Assembly (NCBI GenBank): GCA_965199715.1
Contig: OZ241322.1
Coordinates: 1,310,824 to 1,374,823, forward strand
Direction of reading: 5' to 3'
Length of the DNA stretch: 64,000 nucleotides
Source of the DNA: Vicinamibacteria bacterium
GTDB lineage: Bacteria > Acidobacteriota > Vicinamibacteria > Marinacidobacterales > Marinacidobacteraceae
In this document: in pieces, positions 1-9,710 of the stretch
Layout: every line of letters begins with the position of its first letter
Position numbering within the stretch: the stretch's first letter is position 1
The notes under the pieces: model-generated
The model's database searches: none
Told to the model about the DNA's origin: nothing
The model's input: only the letters and a program-made list of their open reading frames with translations
Program-made: the position numbers and the translations under genes

Positions 1-400
1 CGACCCGCACTTCGGCCGAAGCTGGGAGCCGCACCTTGTAGTCCACCTTGCCCCGGCGCCGGCTCCAGCCGTCGCCGAACACGCGCTTGGCGTGGCGAGT
101 GCGGACCCGCACGCCGTCGGCGGTCTGGCGCACCTCGACCGTCATGTCGCGCAGCGCCGCGGGGTTCGTCCCCACCTTGCGGGCGGTGATCTCGGCCCCG
201 TCCTCGTCCCAACTGTCGATGCGAACCGTGCCGTTGATGTTGCGGAGGTCGAACACTTCGCCGTCCTCGAACGCCTCCTGGAAGACCCGGGTCTCCTCCG
301 AGCCCGGATCGCCGGTGAAGGACGCGGAACACGCGGGAGCGGCGAGAAACGCGGCGGCGACCGCGGGGAGGACTCGGGGAGCGCTTCGGACGGGTCGCAT
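1..400 (-). CDS. Partial (3' end outside window) exported/lipoprotein with DUF4097-like beta-strand repeats (putative adhesin-like)
   Basis: Reverse-strand reading frame open from ATG (revcomp CAT near 398-400) to the window edge; translation MRPVRSAPRVLPAVAAAFLAAPACSAS... has a signal/lipobox, then DSWDEDGAEITARKVG-type repeats typical of DUF4097. Not in ORF track because there is no in-window stop. Confidence 0.45.
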   Translation of the reverse strand, partial: MRPVRSAPRVLPAVAAAFLAAPACSASFTGDPGSEETRVFQEAFEDGEVFDLRNINGTVRIDSWDEDGAEITARKVGTNPAALRDMTVEVRQTADGVRVRTRHAKRVFGDGWSRRRGKVDYKVRLPASAEVRV

Positions 401-460
401 GAAGGTCGGGTACGAACGGACGGGGCGAATGTTCCGCGCCCCTTGCGTATTCTTGCCCCC

Positions 461-1630
461 ATGCCCCTTCGCTTCTTCGTTCTCGGCCTCCCGGCCCTCG
501 CGCTTTCGGTCGCCGCGCTCGCGCAGGAGCCGGCGGACCGTCCCCGCGCCCGCGACGTCGGCCTCTCCCCGGGGGTGCTCCCGACCGGGCCGCTGAACGC
601 GATCACCGACGTGCCCGACGTCCGGGTCGGCCAGGTCACGCTGGTCGCGGGCGACGACGTGCGCACCGGCGTGACCGCGATCCTGCCGCACGGGGGCAAC
701 CTCTTCGAGGAGAAGGTGCCCGGCGCGATCCACGTGGGGAACGCCTTCGGCAAGCTGGTCGGCGCGACGCAGGTGATCGAGCTGGGAACGATCGAGACCC
801 CGGTCGTGCTCACGAACACGCTGTCGGTCTGGGACGCGGCGCGGGCGGTCGCGTCCTACACGCTCGGCATCGCCGGCAACGAGGACGTGCGCTCGGTGAA
901 TCCGGTCGTCGGCGAGACCAACGACGGCTTCCTGAACGACATCCGCGGCTTCCGCGTGGAGGAGGCGCACGTGCTGGAGGCGATCCGGAGCGCCGGCTCG
1001 GGACCGGTGGAGGAAGGATCGGTGGGCGCCGGAACCGGAACCTCGGCGTTCGGGTGGAAGGGCGGAATCGGCACCTCGTCGCGCCGGGTTCCGGAGAGCC
1101 TCGGCGGCTGGACGGTGGGGGCGCTGGTCCAGAGCAACTACGGCGGCGTGCTCACCATGGACGGGCTCCCGGTGGGCGAGGAGCTCGGGCGGCACTACCT
1201 CCGGGGCGCCCTCGACGAGGAGGAGAACCCGGACGGGTCGATCATGATGGTGGTCGCGACCGACGCCCCGATCCGGTCGCTCGGCCTGACCCGCCTCGCC
1301 CGCCGGGCGATGCTCGGGCTCGCCCGCACCGGGGCCACGTCCTCGCACGGAAGCGGCGACTTCGTGATCGCGTTCTCGACCGCGCCCGAACTGCGCAGCG
1401 GCTACCGGTCCGACGACCGGCTGGAGCGGGGCCGGACGCTGCGGGGCGACGCGCTCAGCCCGCTCTTCCAGGCCGCGATCGAGGCCACCGAGGAAGCGGT
1501 GTACAACTCGATGCTCCGGGCGGCGACGGTGACCGGGCGCGACGGGAACACGCGGGAGGCGATCTCGATTTCCGACCTGCTCGCCGTGGGCCGCAAGTAC
1601 AACCGCCTCCACCCGCCCGAGGACGACTGA
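461..1630 (+). CDS. Peptidase S58 / DmpA family (L-aminopeptidase D-Ala-esterase/amidase-like), secreted
   Basis: Internal ATG (residue 124 of track ORF 92..1630) starts MPLRFFVLGLPALALSVAALAQEP signal peptide; body matches DmpA/ArgJ-like fold family (GTSAFGWKGGIGTSS, self-processing region). Confidence 0.7.
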   Translation: MPLRFFVLGLPALALSVAALAQEPADRPRARDVGLSPGVLPTGPLNAITDVPDVRVGQVTLVAGDDVRTGVTAILPHGGNLFEEKVPGAIHVGNAFGKLVGATQVIELGTIETPVVLTNTLSVWDAARAVASYTLGIAGNEDVRSVNPVVGETNDGFLNDIRGFRVEEAHVLEAIRSAGSGPVEEGSVGAGTGTSAFGWKGGIGTSSRRVPESLGGWTVGALVQSNYGGVLTMDGLPVGEELGRHYLRGALDEEENPDGSIMMVVATDAPIRSLGLTRLARRAMLGLARTGATSSHGSGDFVIAFSTAPELRSGYRSDDRLERGRTLRGDALSPLFQAAIEATEEAVYNSMLRAATVTGRDGNTREAISISDLLAVGRKYNRLHPPEDD

Positions 1631-2991
1631 TGCCCTACCGGACGCTGGATCCCGCGACCGGGGAGCTCCTCGAGGAGTTCCCGACCGCTTCCGCCGACGA
1701 CGTGGAGCGTGCGCTCGACCGGGCGGACGCCGCCTTCCGGGAGTGGTCGCGCCGCCCGTTCGCCGAACGCCGGGCGGTGAACGAGCGCCTCGCCGCGCTG
1801 CTCGAGGAGCGCGCCCCCGTGCTCGCCCGGCTGATGGCGCTCGAGATGGGGAAGCCGGTCGCCGAGGGCGCGGCGGAGGCGAAGAAGTGCGCCTGGGTCG
1901 CCCGGCACTACGCCGAGGTCGCCGAGGAGACGCTCCGGCCGCGCCCGCTGGCCTCGGACGGATCGAGGGCCTTCACCCGGCCCGAACCGGCGGGGCCGAT
2001 CCTCGCGATCATGCCGTGGAACTTTCCGTTCTGGCAAGTCATCCGGGTCTCGGCGCCCAACTTCATGGTCGGGAACCCGATGCTGCTCAAGCACGCTCCC
2101 TCGACGCCCCGGTGCGCGCTCATGATCGAGCGCCTCTATCGGGAGGCCGGGGCCCCGGACGGGCTGCTCCAGAACCTGTTCCTGACGAACGGGCAGGCGG
2201 CCGACGTGATCCGGGACGACCGGGTGCGCGGGGTCACGCTCACCGGGAGCTCGCAGGCCGGAAGCGCGGTGGCCCGGGTCGCGGGGAGCGCGCTCAAGCC
2301 GATGGTGGCCGAGCTCGGGGGCAGCGATCCCTTCGTGGCGCTCGCCGACTGCGACCTCGACGAGGCCGTCGAGGCGGCGGCGACGGCTCGGCTCATCAAC
2401 TCGGGCCAGAGCTGCATCGCCGCCAAGCGGTTTCTGGTGGACCGGCGGATTCGCGATCCCTTCGTGCAGGCGTTCGCCGAGCGCCTCGCCGCCGCCCGCG
2501 TCGGACATCCCACCGAAGTCGGCGTGGACGTGGGGCCGCTCGCGCGGGAGGACCTTCGCGACACGTTCGAATCGCAGGTCGAGGGATCGGTCCGCGCGGG
2601 CGCGGAGCTCGTGATGCGCGGCGACGCGCCGGACGGGGGCTTCTTCGCGGCGGCCGGACTCCTGCTCGCTCCTCCGCCGGACGCCCCGGCGTGGTCCGAG
2701 GAGCTGTTCGGACCGGTGGCGACCGTGCTCCCGTTCGAGGACGAAGCCGAGGCGATCCGGATCGCGAACGGCACCCGCTACGGGCTGGGAGCCTCGGTGT
2801 GGACCTCCGATCCGGGGCGGGCCGAACGCTTCGCCGGGGAGATCGAATCGGGCGCGGTCTTCGTGAACGGAATCACGAAGTCGGACCCGCGGATGCCGTT
2901 CGGCGGCTTCAAGGACAGCGGCTTCGGGCGCGAGCTCGGGGAGGACGGCCTCCTGTCGTTCACGAACCGGAAGACGGTGTGGATTCGCTGA
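1630..2991 (+). CDS. NAD(P)-dependent succinate-semialdehyde dehydrogenase (aldehyde dehydrogenase family)
   Basis: ATG at residue 193 of track ORF 1054..2991 (MPYRTLDPATGELLEEF); ALDH motifs ELGGSDP, catalytic Cys region GQSCIAAKRF; TGATG overlap with upstream stop. Upstream 192 aa of the track ORF is R/G/P-rich spurious extension. Confidence 0.85.
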   Translation: MPYRTLDPATGELLEEFPTASADDVERALDRADAAFREWSRRPFAERRAVNERLAALLEERAPVLARLMALEMGKPVAEGAAEAKKCAWVARHYAEVAEETLRPRPLASDGSRAFTRPEPAGPILAIMPWNFPFWQVIRVSAPNFMVGNPMLLKHAPSTPRCALMIERLYREAGAPDGLLQNLFLTNGQAADVIRDDRVRGVTLTGSSQAGSAVARVAGSALKPMVAELGGSDPFVALADCDLDEAVEAAATARLINSGQSCIAAKRFLVDRRIRDPFVQAFAERLAAARVGHPTEVGVDVGPLAREDLRDTFESQVEGSVRAGAELVMRGDAPDGGFFAAAGLLLAPPPDAPAWSEELFGPVATVLPFEDEAEAIRIANGTRYGLGASVWTSDPGRAERFAGEIESGAVFVNGITKSDPRMPFGGFKDSGFGRELGEDGLLSFTNRKTVWIR

Positions 2992-3652
2992 CCGGCCACG
3001 CCTCCAGCCGCCACGCCATGTCCCAGAACATCCATTCGTAGCGCGACGTCAGATTGAAGTGCCGGGCCATGCGCGCCCGGTCGGCCTCGCCGAGTTCTTC
3101 GGCGGTGTCGTCGGCGACCTCCAGGATCCGCCGGACCACCGCGTCGAATTCCTCGCTCCCGTAGCTCTCGATCCAGCGGCGGTAGAGCGGATCCGGCGAC
3201 GGCGGGCGGCGCAGGAGCTCCTTTCCGACCTCGGCGTAGATCCAGTAGCACGGCAGCACCGCCGCGAGGCCCTCGTGGAAGGGCCGGGCGTGCGCCTGCG
3301 CGAGGAGGTAACTCGTGTAGGCGAGGTTCGTGGGGGCGGGAATCCGGTCGAGGAGAGCTTCCCGGTCGCCGCCCAGTTCCTCGAGGAACCGCCCGAGCTC
3401 CTTGCGTTCGGCCTCGACGGCGGAGGCCGCGTCGCCGCACAGGATCGCGGTCAGGTCAGGGTGGGGGGTCTTGCCGCCGACGATCGCGAGCGCCCGCGCG
3501 TAGTCGCGCAGGTAGAGCGCGTCCTCGATCACGTAATGCCGGAACCGCTCCCGGTCGAGCGAACCCGCGGCGAGGCCGTTCAGGAACGGGTGCCGGAGGA
3601 TCTCGGCCCAGACCGGCGCGATCCCGGCCCACAGACGGGACGTGAATCTCAC
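2960..3652 (-). CDS. tenA: TenA family thiaminase II / aminopyrimidine aminohydrolase
   Basis: 230-aa ORF (GTG start) with TenA/PqqC-like helical fold signature (YLLAQAHARPFHEGLAAVLPCYWIYAEVGKEL). Confidence 0.75.
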   Translation of the reverse strand: MRFTSRLWAGIAPVWAEILRHPFLNGLAAGSLDRERFRHYVIEDALYLRDYARALAIVGGKTPHPDLTAILCGDAASAVEAERKELGRFLEELGGDREALLDRIPAPTNLAYTSYLLAQAHARPFHEGLAAVLPCYWIYAEVGKELLRRPPSPDPLYRRWIESYGSEEFDAVVRRILEVADDTAEELGEADRARMARHFNLTSRYEWMFWDMAWRLEAWPVSESTPSSGS

Positions 3653-3656
3653 GCGG

Positions 3657-5111
3657 TCAGCCTCCGAAGACGACGGGAACCCAGAACACGGTGAACAGGC
3701 TCGCGAGCGTAGCCCCGATCAGGTTGGCGCCGATCCCGGCGCGGGTGAGTTGCGGGATCGTGAAATGGCCCGCGCCGAACACGATGGCGTTCGGCGGCGT
3801 GGCCGCCGGCAGCATGAAGGCGCAGGACGCGGCCACCGTCGCCGGAATCAGCAGCAGTAGCGGCGGAAGTCCGGCGCTCGCGGCCACCGCCGCGAGGATG
3901 GGCAGGATCATCGCGGTGGAGGCGAGGTTGGAGGCGAGCTCGGTCAGGACGATGACGAAGAGCACCACGAGGACGACGAAGACCGGCGTCGGCAGGGACG
4001 CGGCGAGGGCGAGGCGGTCGCCGAGCACCCGGGAGAGCCCGCTCACCTCCAGCCCGTTCGCGAGCGCGAATCCGCCGCCGAAGAGCAGCAGCACGTCCCA
4101 CGGAATCCGCGCGCCCCACTTCCAGGTCAGGATCGGCGTCCGTTCGCCCGGCGCGCCCGAGGGGATCACGAACGCGAGGATCGTGGCGGCCATGGCGACG
4201 GCCGAATCGGTGACGAGCTCTCCGTTGGCGAAGAGCGAAGTCCAGACCGGGCGGAACACCCACGCGAGCGCGGTCAGGCCGAACAGGAACGCGACCCGCC
4301 GCTCGGGCGCGGAAATCGGACCGAGCCGCCCGTACTCCGAGCGGATGAGCGCCGAACCTCCCGGAACCGGGACGCGGCTGACCGGAAACGCGAACCGGGT
4401 CAGCCACAGCCACACCGCCGGGATGAACAGCAAGGCCAGGGGGAGCGCGAAGAGCAGCCAGCGCAGGAACGAGATCCGGATCCCGAAGTTGGCGTCGAGG
4501 AATCCGACGAGGAAGACGTTCGGCGGCGTCCCGATGAGCGTGGCGAACCCGCCGATCGAGGCGGCGTAGGCGGTTCCGATCATGAGGCACACGGCGAACG
4601 GGAACCGGCCCGGCTCGGCGGCCGACCTCTCCTCGCCCATGACCCCGGCCATCTCTCGGATGACCGCGACGCCGATGGGCATCATCATGGCCGCGGTGGC
4701 GGTGTTGGACACCCACATCGAGAGCGCGGCGGCGGCGATCATGAAGCCGAGCACGATGCGCGAGGGGGAGCTGCCGATCAGCATCACGACCCGCAGCGCG
4801 ATCCGGCGATGCAGGTTCCAGCGCTGCATCGCCTGCGCCAGCATGAAGCCGCCGAGGAACAGATAGACCAGCTCGTTGGCGTAGGGCGCCGCCGCCTCCA
4901 TCCCCGAAGCGATGCCGAGCGCCGGGAGCAGGACGATGGGCAGCAGCGCGGTCACGCCGAGCGGCGCGGCCTCGGCGACCCACCACGTCGCCATGATCGC
5001 GGCAACCCCGAGCATGCGCCGGGCTTCGTCCGGAAACCCCGGAATCGGGATCAGGACGATCCCGAAGAAAAGCCCGAATCCGAGAAAGAGTCCGATGCGG
5101 GTCCGCGTCAA
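3657..5111 (-). CDS. DASS family (SLC13-like) sodium-coupled anion symporter
   Basis: 484-aa polytopic membrane protein with duplicated GTPPN/ATPPN hairpin motifs (IGTPPNVFLVG, LPAATPPNAIVFG). Confidence 0.8.
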   Translation of the reverse strand: MTRTRIGLFLGFGLFFGIVLIPIPGFPDEARRMLGVAAIMATWWVAEAAPLGVTALLPIVLLPALGIASGMEAAAPYANELVYLFLGGFMLAQAMQRWNLHRRIALRVVMLIGSSPSRIVLGFMIAAAALSMWVSNTATAAMMMPIGVAVIREMAGVMGEERSAAEPGRFPFAVCLMIGTAYAASIGGFATLIGTPPNVFLVGFLDANFGIRISFLRWLLFALPLALLFIPAVWLWLTRFAFPVSRVPVPGGSALIRSEYGRLGPISAPERRVAFLFGLTALAWVFRPVWTSLFANGELVTDSAVAMAATILAFVIPSGAPGERTPILTWKWGARIPWDVLLLFGGGFALANGLEVSGLSRVLGDRLALAASLPTPVFVVLVVLFVIVLTELASNLASTAMILPILAAVAASAGLPPLLLLIPATVAASCAFMLPAATPPNAIVFGAGHFTIPQLTRAGIGANLIGATLASLFTVFWVPVVFGG

Positions 5112-5133
5112 GGCGCGGGGGAGTATGCGTTAA

Positions 5134-7839
5134 CTACGGCTCGGTGGTCGGCTCCGGACGGTGGCCGAGGCTCAGCAGGTTTGCGAGCAGCCGGTACGCC
5201 CCCGGAGTCCCCTCGGGAAGCTGGCGCCAGAGACCGAGGCCGAGGTAGATCCAGCGGCCGTCGCCGTGGTGGGCCTCCACGAGCACGCCGCGCTTCTCGC
5301 CGGCGTTGTAGCGGAACGGATCCTCCGACGCGAGCAGGTCGGTGAAGGCCGGGTCGCCGCCCGGGGCGAGGAAATAGAGGCCGCGCTCCTGGACCCATCC
5401 CTCCCAGTCGGCGGGGCCGATCGGATTCGGCCCGAGGAACGCCGGGTGGTTCGGGAGGAGGACGCGCATCGGCGCGTTCTCGTCGGTGACCCGGCCTCGC
5501 CCCACCTGAATCTCGTAGGGCGCCCACGGGCCGGCGTTGAACTCGAACTTGTTGTACTGGACGATCAGCGTCCCGCCGCCGGCCACGTAGTCCAGCAGGC
5601 GCTGGTTGTGGGTGCGCAGGTCGGGACGGGCGAGGTAGGCGCGGACGCCGAGCACGATCGTGTCGAACCGGGACAGGTCGCCCTCGGCCAGATCGTCCTC
5701 CTCAAGGAACGTCAGCGGAACGCCGAGCTGGCCGATGGCCTCGGCCACCTCGTCCCCGACCCCCTCGACCCAGCCGACCGAGACCGGCGCCACGCGGACG
5801 TCCAGCACCTGGGCGAGCGCGGTCGCCGGGCGGAAGCGGTAGCGGGTCTGGATGTGGTGGTAGGCGATGGTCTCGACGGTCTCGTCGAAGACGGTTCCGT
5901 CGCTGTCGTCGATGACCCGGGCGGCTAGCGGAACCCCGCCGTCCGGCGCGCCCTCGGGGACGGTGGCCTCGAACTCCACGCTCACCTCGCCGGGACCGGA
6001 GAACCGGACCGGAGCCGAGGCCGGCTCGACCTCCCAGCCGGGAGGCGCGTCCAGCCGCACCGTGAAGGCGGCCTCGCCGGCCCCGCGATGCGTCACCCGA
6101 GCCGCCAGCGCCCGGGTGCGCTGGCCCCTCGGGAACACGACGATCCCGGGGGTCAACCGCACCGCCGCGCGCGGGAGCACCGAGACCTCCTTCTGCTTCT
6201 CCGTCCCGACGAACGGCCCCTCGTACCGGTGCTCCACCGGCAGGATCACGCTCGCCGGCACCTCGTCGGTGAGGAAGTCCACTCGGGCGCGCACCTGCGG
6301 CGGAGGCGCGGCGACCCCGAAGTGGTCCGGATGGTCCGGGACGAAACGGTCGCGCCCGGGGACAGGCGCGAACACCTGCCGGCTCAGCCGGGCGTCCGCC
6401 GCCGCGGTCACCCGGAACGTCGTCCGGACGGCGGCCCCGTCGGCGAGCTCGACCGGGAATTCGGCGACCGCGCGCGCCGTGGAGCGGAACCGGCGGCCCT
6501 CGGGAGCCTCGACCGGTTCGTTCCGCCAGCCCTCGGGAACCTCCAGTTGGATCCCGGCGAGGACGACCGGGTCCGCGCCGCCGCCCTGCACAAACACCTC
6601 GGCTCCGAACGACCCGCCCGGAACCACCTCGCCGGCGTCGGCGACCGGATGGACCACGATCCCGTGGGCGAAGGCGAGCGCCTCCTGGAGCTGGATCTCC
6701 TTGGGCCGCACCCGGTGCGCGATCTCGAACGCCGCGTCCGGATCGAGGTCGGCGGAGACCTGGAGCACCCGCCGCGCGCTCAGCAGCGCGGCGCGGAGCG
6801 CGGAGATGGACTCCTGCGGGGCCGCGGTGGAGAAGGCCCACTCGGCTCCGCCCACGTTGCGCTCGAGGTCGTTCAGCGCGAGTTCGGTCGCGTCCACCGC
6901 ATCCGGGTCGCCGTACACGAAGGCGCGGAGCCGCTCGAGCCCCTCGGGCACCCCGGCGAGGAGGCTTCCCGACTCGCCGGCGAGGTTGCGCATCTCGACG
7001 AGCGCGGCCGGTCCCGGCGCGGGGGCGCCCCGGACCTGGCCCATCCCCTGGCAAAGATGGGCGGAACGGGCTTCCTGCCCCATCTCGGCGTAGGTGCGGC
7101 CGAGAAGCGGATCCCAGACCGCGGTCTCCACCCGGATCACGTCCTCGGCGCCGGGCCCGCCGGCGCCGGGCCCGCCGCCGCCGACCCCGCCGACGAAGAG
7201 CTTCAGCGGCTGCCAGGGCCTGAGGCCCAGATCCGCGTGCTCGGGGAACCGGTCCGGGTCGGCGGCGATATCGAAGGCCTCGATGGTGAGCCTCCCGGTG
7301 GCCTGGTGGTGCTGGCCGCCGCCCTCGCCCTCGGGGGGCAGGGTGAGGATCACGTCGGGGCGCAGCGTCCGGATCATGCGCACGATCTCGCCGAGCGTTT
7401 CCTCCTTCCCCCACTTCTCGAGGGTCTCCTCGACGCTGAACGAATACCCGAAGTCGGAGACCATTCCGAAGTACTGCTCCACCGCGTCCAGCCGGTGCGA
7501 GGCGAGCAGCTCCTCGGTCCGCAGGATGCGCAGGCCGTCGAAGAGCTCGGGGCCGATCTCGTTCTGGCCGCCGCCGCCCCGGGTGAGCGAGATCAGCGAC
7601 ACGCGCGCCCCCATGCCCCGGGAAAGGCGGGCGTGGAGCGCGTTGTTCTCGTCGTCCGGGTGGGCGACGATGGTCAGGAACGAGACACCGCTCGCCGCCT
7701 TCCGCAGCTTCAGGCCGAGCCCGACGGACCCCCGATCCTCGGCCAGCGGACGCAACTGGGCCGCAGCCATCGGCGCGGCGAGGGTCAGAACGGCAGCCGC
7801 TAGGATTGCGCCGATTCGGCGCGTGGAGGCTTCTGTCAT
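5134..7839 (-). CDS. Large exported PIG-L/LmbE-family deacetylase fused to a C-terminal ThuA/glutamine-amidotransferase-like domain
   Basis: 901 aa; signal peptide; N-terminal AHPDDE motif of PIG-L deacetylases; C-terminal region resembles ThuA-like class-I GATase fold. Confidence 0.7.
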   Translation of the reverse strand: MTEASTRRIGAILAAAVLTLAAPMAAAQLRPLAEDRGSVGLGLKLRKAASGVSFLTIVAHPDDENNALHARLSRGMGARVSLISLTRGGGGQNEIGPELFDGLRILRTEELLASHRLDAVEQYFGMVSDFGYSFSVEETLEKWGKEETLGEIVRMIRTLRPDVILTLPPEGEGGGQHHQATGRLTIEAFDIAADPDRFPEHADLGLRPWQPLKLFVGGVGGGGPGAGGPGAEDVIRVETAVWDPLLGRTYAEMGQEARSAHLCQGMGQVRGAPAPGPAALVEMRNLAGESGSLLAGVPEGLERLRAFVYGDPDAVDATELALNDLERNVGGAEWAFSTAAPQESISALRAALLSARRVLQVSADLDPDAAFEIAHRVRPKEIQLQEALAFAHGIVVHPVADAGEVVPGGSFGAEVFVQGGGADPVVLAGIQLEVPEGWRNEPVEAPEGRRFRSTARAVAEFPVELADGAAVRTTFRVTAAADARLSRQVFAPVPGRDRFVPDHPDHFGVAAPPPQVRARVDFLTDEVPASVILPVEHRYEGPFVGTEKQKEVSVLPRAAVRLTPGIVVFPRGQRTRALAARVTHRGAGEAAFTVRLDAPPGWEVEPASAPVRFSGPGEVSVEFEATVPEGAPDGGVPLAARVIDDSDGTVFDETVETIAYHHIQTRYRFRPATALAQVLDVRVAPVSVGWVEGVGDEVAEAIGQLGVPLTFLEEDDLAEGDLSRFDTIVLGVRAYLARPDLRTHNQRLLDYVAGGGTLIVQYNKFEFNAGPWAPYEIQVGRGRVTDENAPMRVLLPNHPAFLGPNPIGPADWEGWVQERGLYFLAPGGDPAFTDLLASEDPFRYNAGEKRGVLVEAHHGDGRWIYLGLGLWRQLPEGTPGAYRLLANLLSLGHRPEPTTEP

Positions 7840-7895
7840 GGCGTTCCCCTGGTCGTGACCGGCGGGGCTCCCCGAGCGCGTCCGCGACCGGTCCC

Positions 7896-8021
7896 ATGTT
7901 AGCCGTCCCCCCGACCCCGCCGGAGGACGGCGCCTTCGTCCGCTGGTACGTCGCGGCGGTCGTCGTCGAGCTCGTCTTCTGCCTGCTGCTCCTCGCGTTC
8001 TCGGGCGCGTTCGGCCCCTGA
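7896..8021 (+). CDS. Small single-TM membrane protein (possibly DUF3311-like accessory to the downstream SSF transporter)
   Basis: Internal ATG of track ORF 7806..8021; 41 aa MLAVPPTPPEDGAFVRWYVAAVVVELVFCLLLLAFSGAFGP with one hydrophobic helix; ends 4 nt before the SSF gene. Confidence 0.35.
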   Translation: MLAVPPTPPEDGAFVRWYVAAVVVELVFCLLLLAFSGAFGP

Positions 8022-8024
8022 CCG

Positions 8025-9710
8025 ATGCAGCTCCTCGACTGGCTCGTCGTCGCCGGCTACTTCGGGCTGATCGTCCATGTCGGCTACCGCACCGGGCGCG
8101 GCAACCAGGGGCTCGAGGACTACTTCCTCGCCCGGCGCTCCATGCCGTGGTACGCGGTCGGGCTGTCGGTGATGGCCACGCAGGCGAGCGCCATCACCCT
8201 CGTGGGCACCACCGGGCAGGCCTACGTGGACGGGATGCGGTTCCTCCAGATCTATCTGGGGCTGCCGATCGCCATGGTGATCCTGTGCGTCACGCTGGTG
8301 CCGCTGTTCTACCGGGCGCGGGTGTTCACCGCCTACGAGTACCTCGAGAAACGCTGCGGACCGAGGGCGCGGACGCTCACCAGCCTGCTCTTCCTGTTCG
8401 GGCGGGCGCTTTCGGGCGCGGTCGTCATCTACGCGCCGTCGGTCGTGCTCTCGGTGGTGTTCTCGCTCGACGAGACGTGGACCATCCTCCTCATCGGCGG
8501 CTTCGCCACCGTGTACACCGCGCTCGGCGGGATGCGGGCGGTGATGTGGGTCGAGACGTGGCAGATGCTCATCATCCTGCTCGGCATCCTCTTCTGCCTC
8601 GGCTCGGTGGTCTTCGGCATGCCCGCCGAGGTGAGCCTCGGCGACGCGCTGCGCCTCGCTGGCGCGACCGGCAGGCTCGAGACGCTCTCCTTCGACCCGG
8701 ATCCCCGCCTCACCTACACGGTCTGGACCGGCATCCTCGGCGGGCTGTTCCTGATGCTGTCGTACTTCGGCTGCGACCAGAGCCAGGTGCAGCGCTACCT
8801 GACCGGGCGGTCGCTGGCCGAGAGCCGTCGCTCGCTGCTGCTGAACGCCTTCGCCAAGCTGCCGGTGCAGTTCGTGATCCTGCTCACCGGCGCGCTGCTG
8901 TTCGTCTTCTACCAGTTCGAGCGCCCGCCCATCCTCTTCGACCCGGCGATGCTGGACCGCGCCCGGATCGAGCGCCCGGCGCAGATGGAGGACGCCGAGG
9001 CCCGCTACGAGAGCGCGTTCGGGGATCGGAGGGCGGCGGCGCTCGCGTTCGCCGGGAGCGGGGCCGACCCGGAGCGGGACCGGTTCCTGGAGGCGAGCGC
9101 CCGCTTCGACGGAGTCCGCGCCGAGGCGGTGCGCACGGTCAGCGAGATCCGGGGCGAGCCGTGGAGCGACACGAACCACGTCTTTCCGACGTTCGTGTTC
9201 ACCACGCTCCCGGTCGGCCTCGTCGGGCTGATCCTCGTCGCGGTGCTCGCCGCCGCCATGTCCACGGTGGAGTCCGAACTCTCGGCGCTCTCCACGGCGA
9301 CGATCGTGGACTTCTACCGGCGCTTCCGCAAGAAACCCGCGTCCGAGCGCCACTTCCTGCGCGCCGGGAGGGTCGGCATCCTGTTCTGGGGATCCGTCGC
9401 CACCGGGGCCGCGCTGTACATGGGACGGCTGGGCTCGGCCGTCGAGGCGGTGAACCGGGTGGGATCGTTCTTCTACGGCCCGATCCTCGGCGCCTTCGTG
9501 CTCGCCGCCGCCTTCCCCGAGCGGGGGGCCCGACGGGCGTTCCCCGCGGTGCTCGCCGGGATCGCCGCCGTGTGGGCGGCGGACCTCGTCCCGCGGGCGC
9601 TCGGCGTGGAGGGGATCTCCTACCTGTACTACAACCTCGTCGGCGCGGGCGTGACGGTGGCGGTCGGGCTTGGCCTCGGCGCCCTCGCTCCCAGGAAGGC
9701 GCGCGCGTGA
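8025..9710 (+). CDS. Sodium:solute symporter family (SSF) transporter
   Basis: 561-aa polytopic protein with SSF-typical N-terminus (YFLARRSMPWYAVGLSVMATQASAITLVGTTGQAY). Confidence 0.8.
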   Translation: MQLLDWLVVAGYFGLIVHVGYRTGRGNQGLEDYFLARRSMPWYAVGLSVMATQASAITLVGTTGQAYVDGMRFLQIYLGLPIAMVILCVTLVPLFYRARVFTAYEYLEKRCGPRARTLTSLLFLFGRALSGAVVIYAPSVVLSVVFSLDETWTILLIGGFATVYTALGGMRAVMWVETWQMLIILLGILFCLGSVVFGMPAEVSLGDALRLAGATGRLETLSFDPDPRLTYTVWTGILGGLFLMLSYFGCDQSQVQRYLTGRSLAESRRSLLLNAFAKLPVQFVILLTGALLFVFYQFERPPILFDPAMLDRARIERPAQMEDAEARYESAFGDRRAAALAFAGSGADPERDRFLEASARFDGVRAEAVRTVSEIRGEPWSDTNHVFPTFVFTTLPVGLVGLILVAVLAAAMSTVESELSALSTATIVDFYRRFRKKPASERHFLRAGRVGILFWGSVATGAALYMGRLGSAVEAVNRVGSFFYGPILGAFVLAAAFPERGARRAFPAVLAGIAAVWAADLVPRALGVEGISYLYYNLVGAGVTVAVGLGLGALAPRKARA

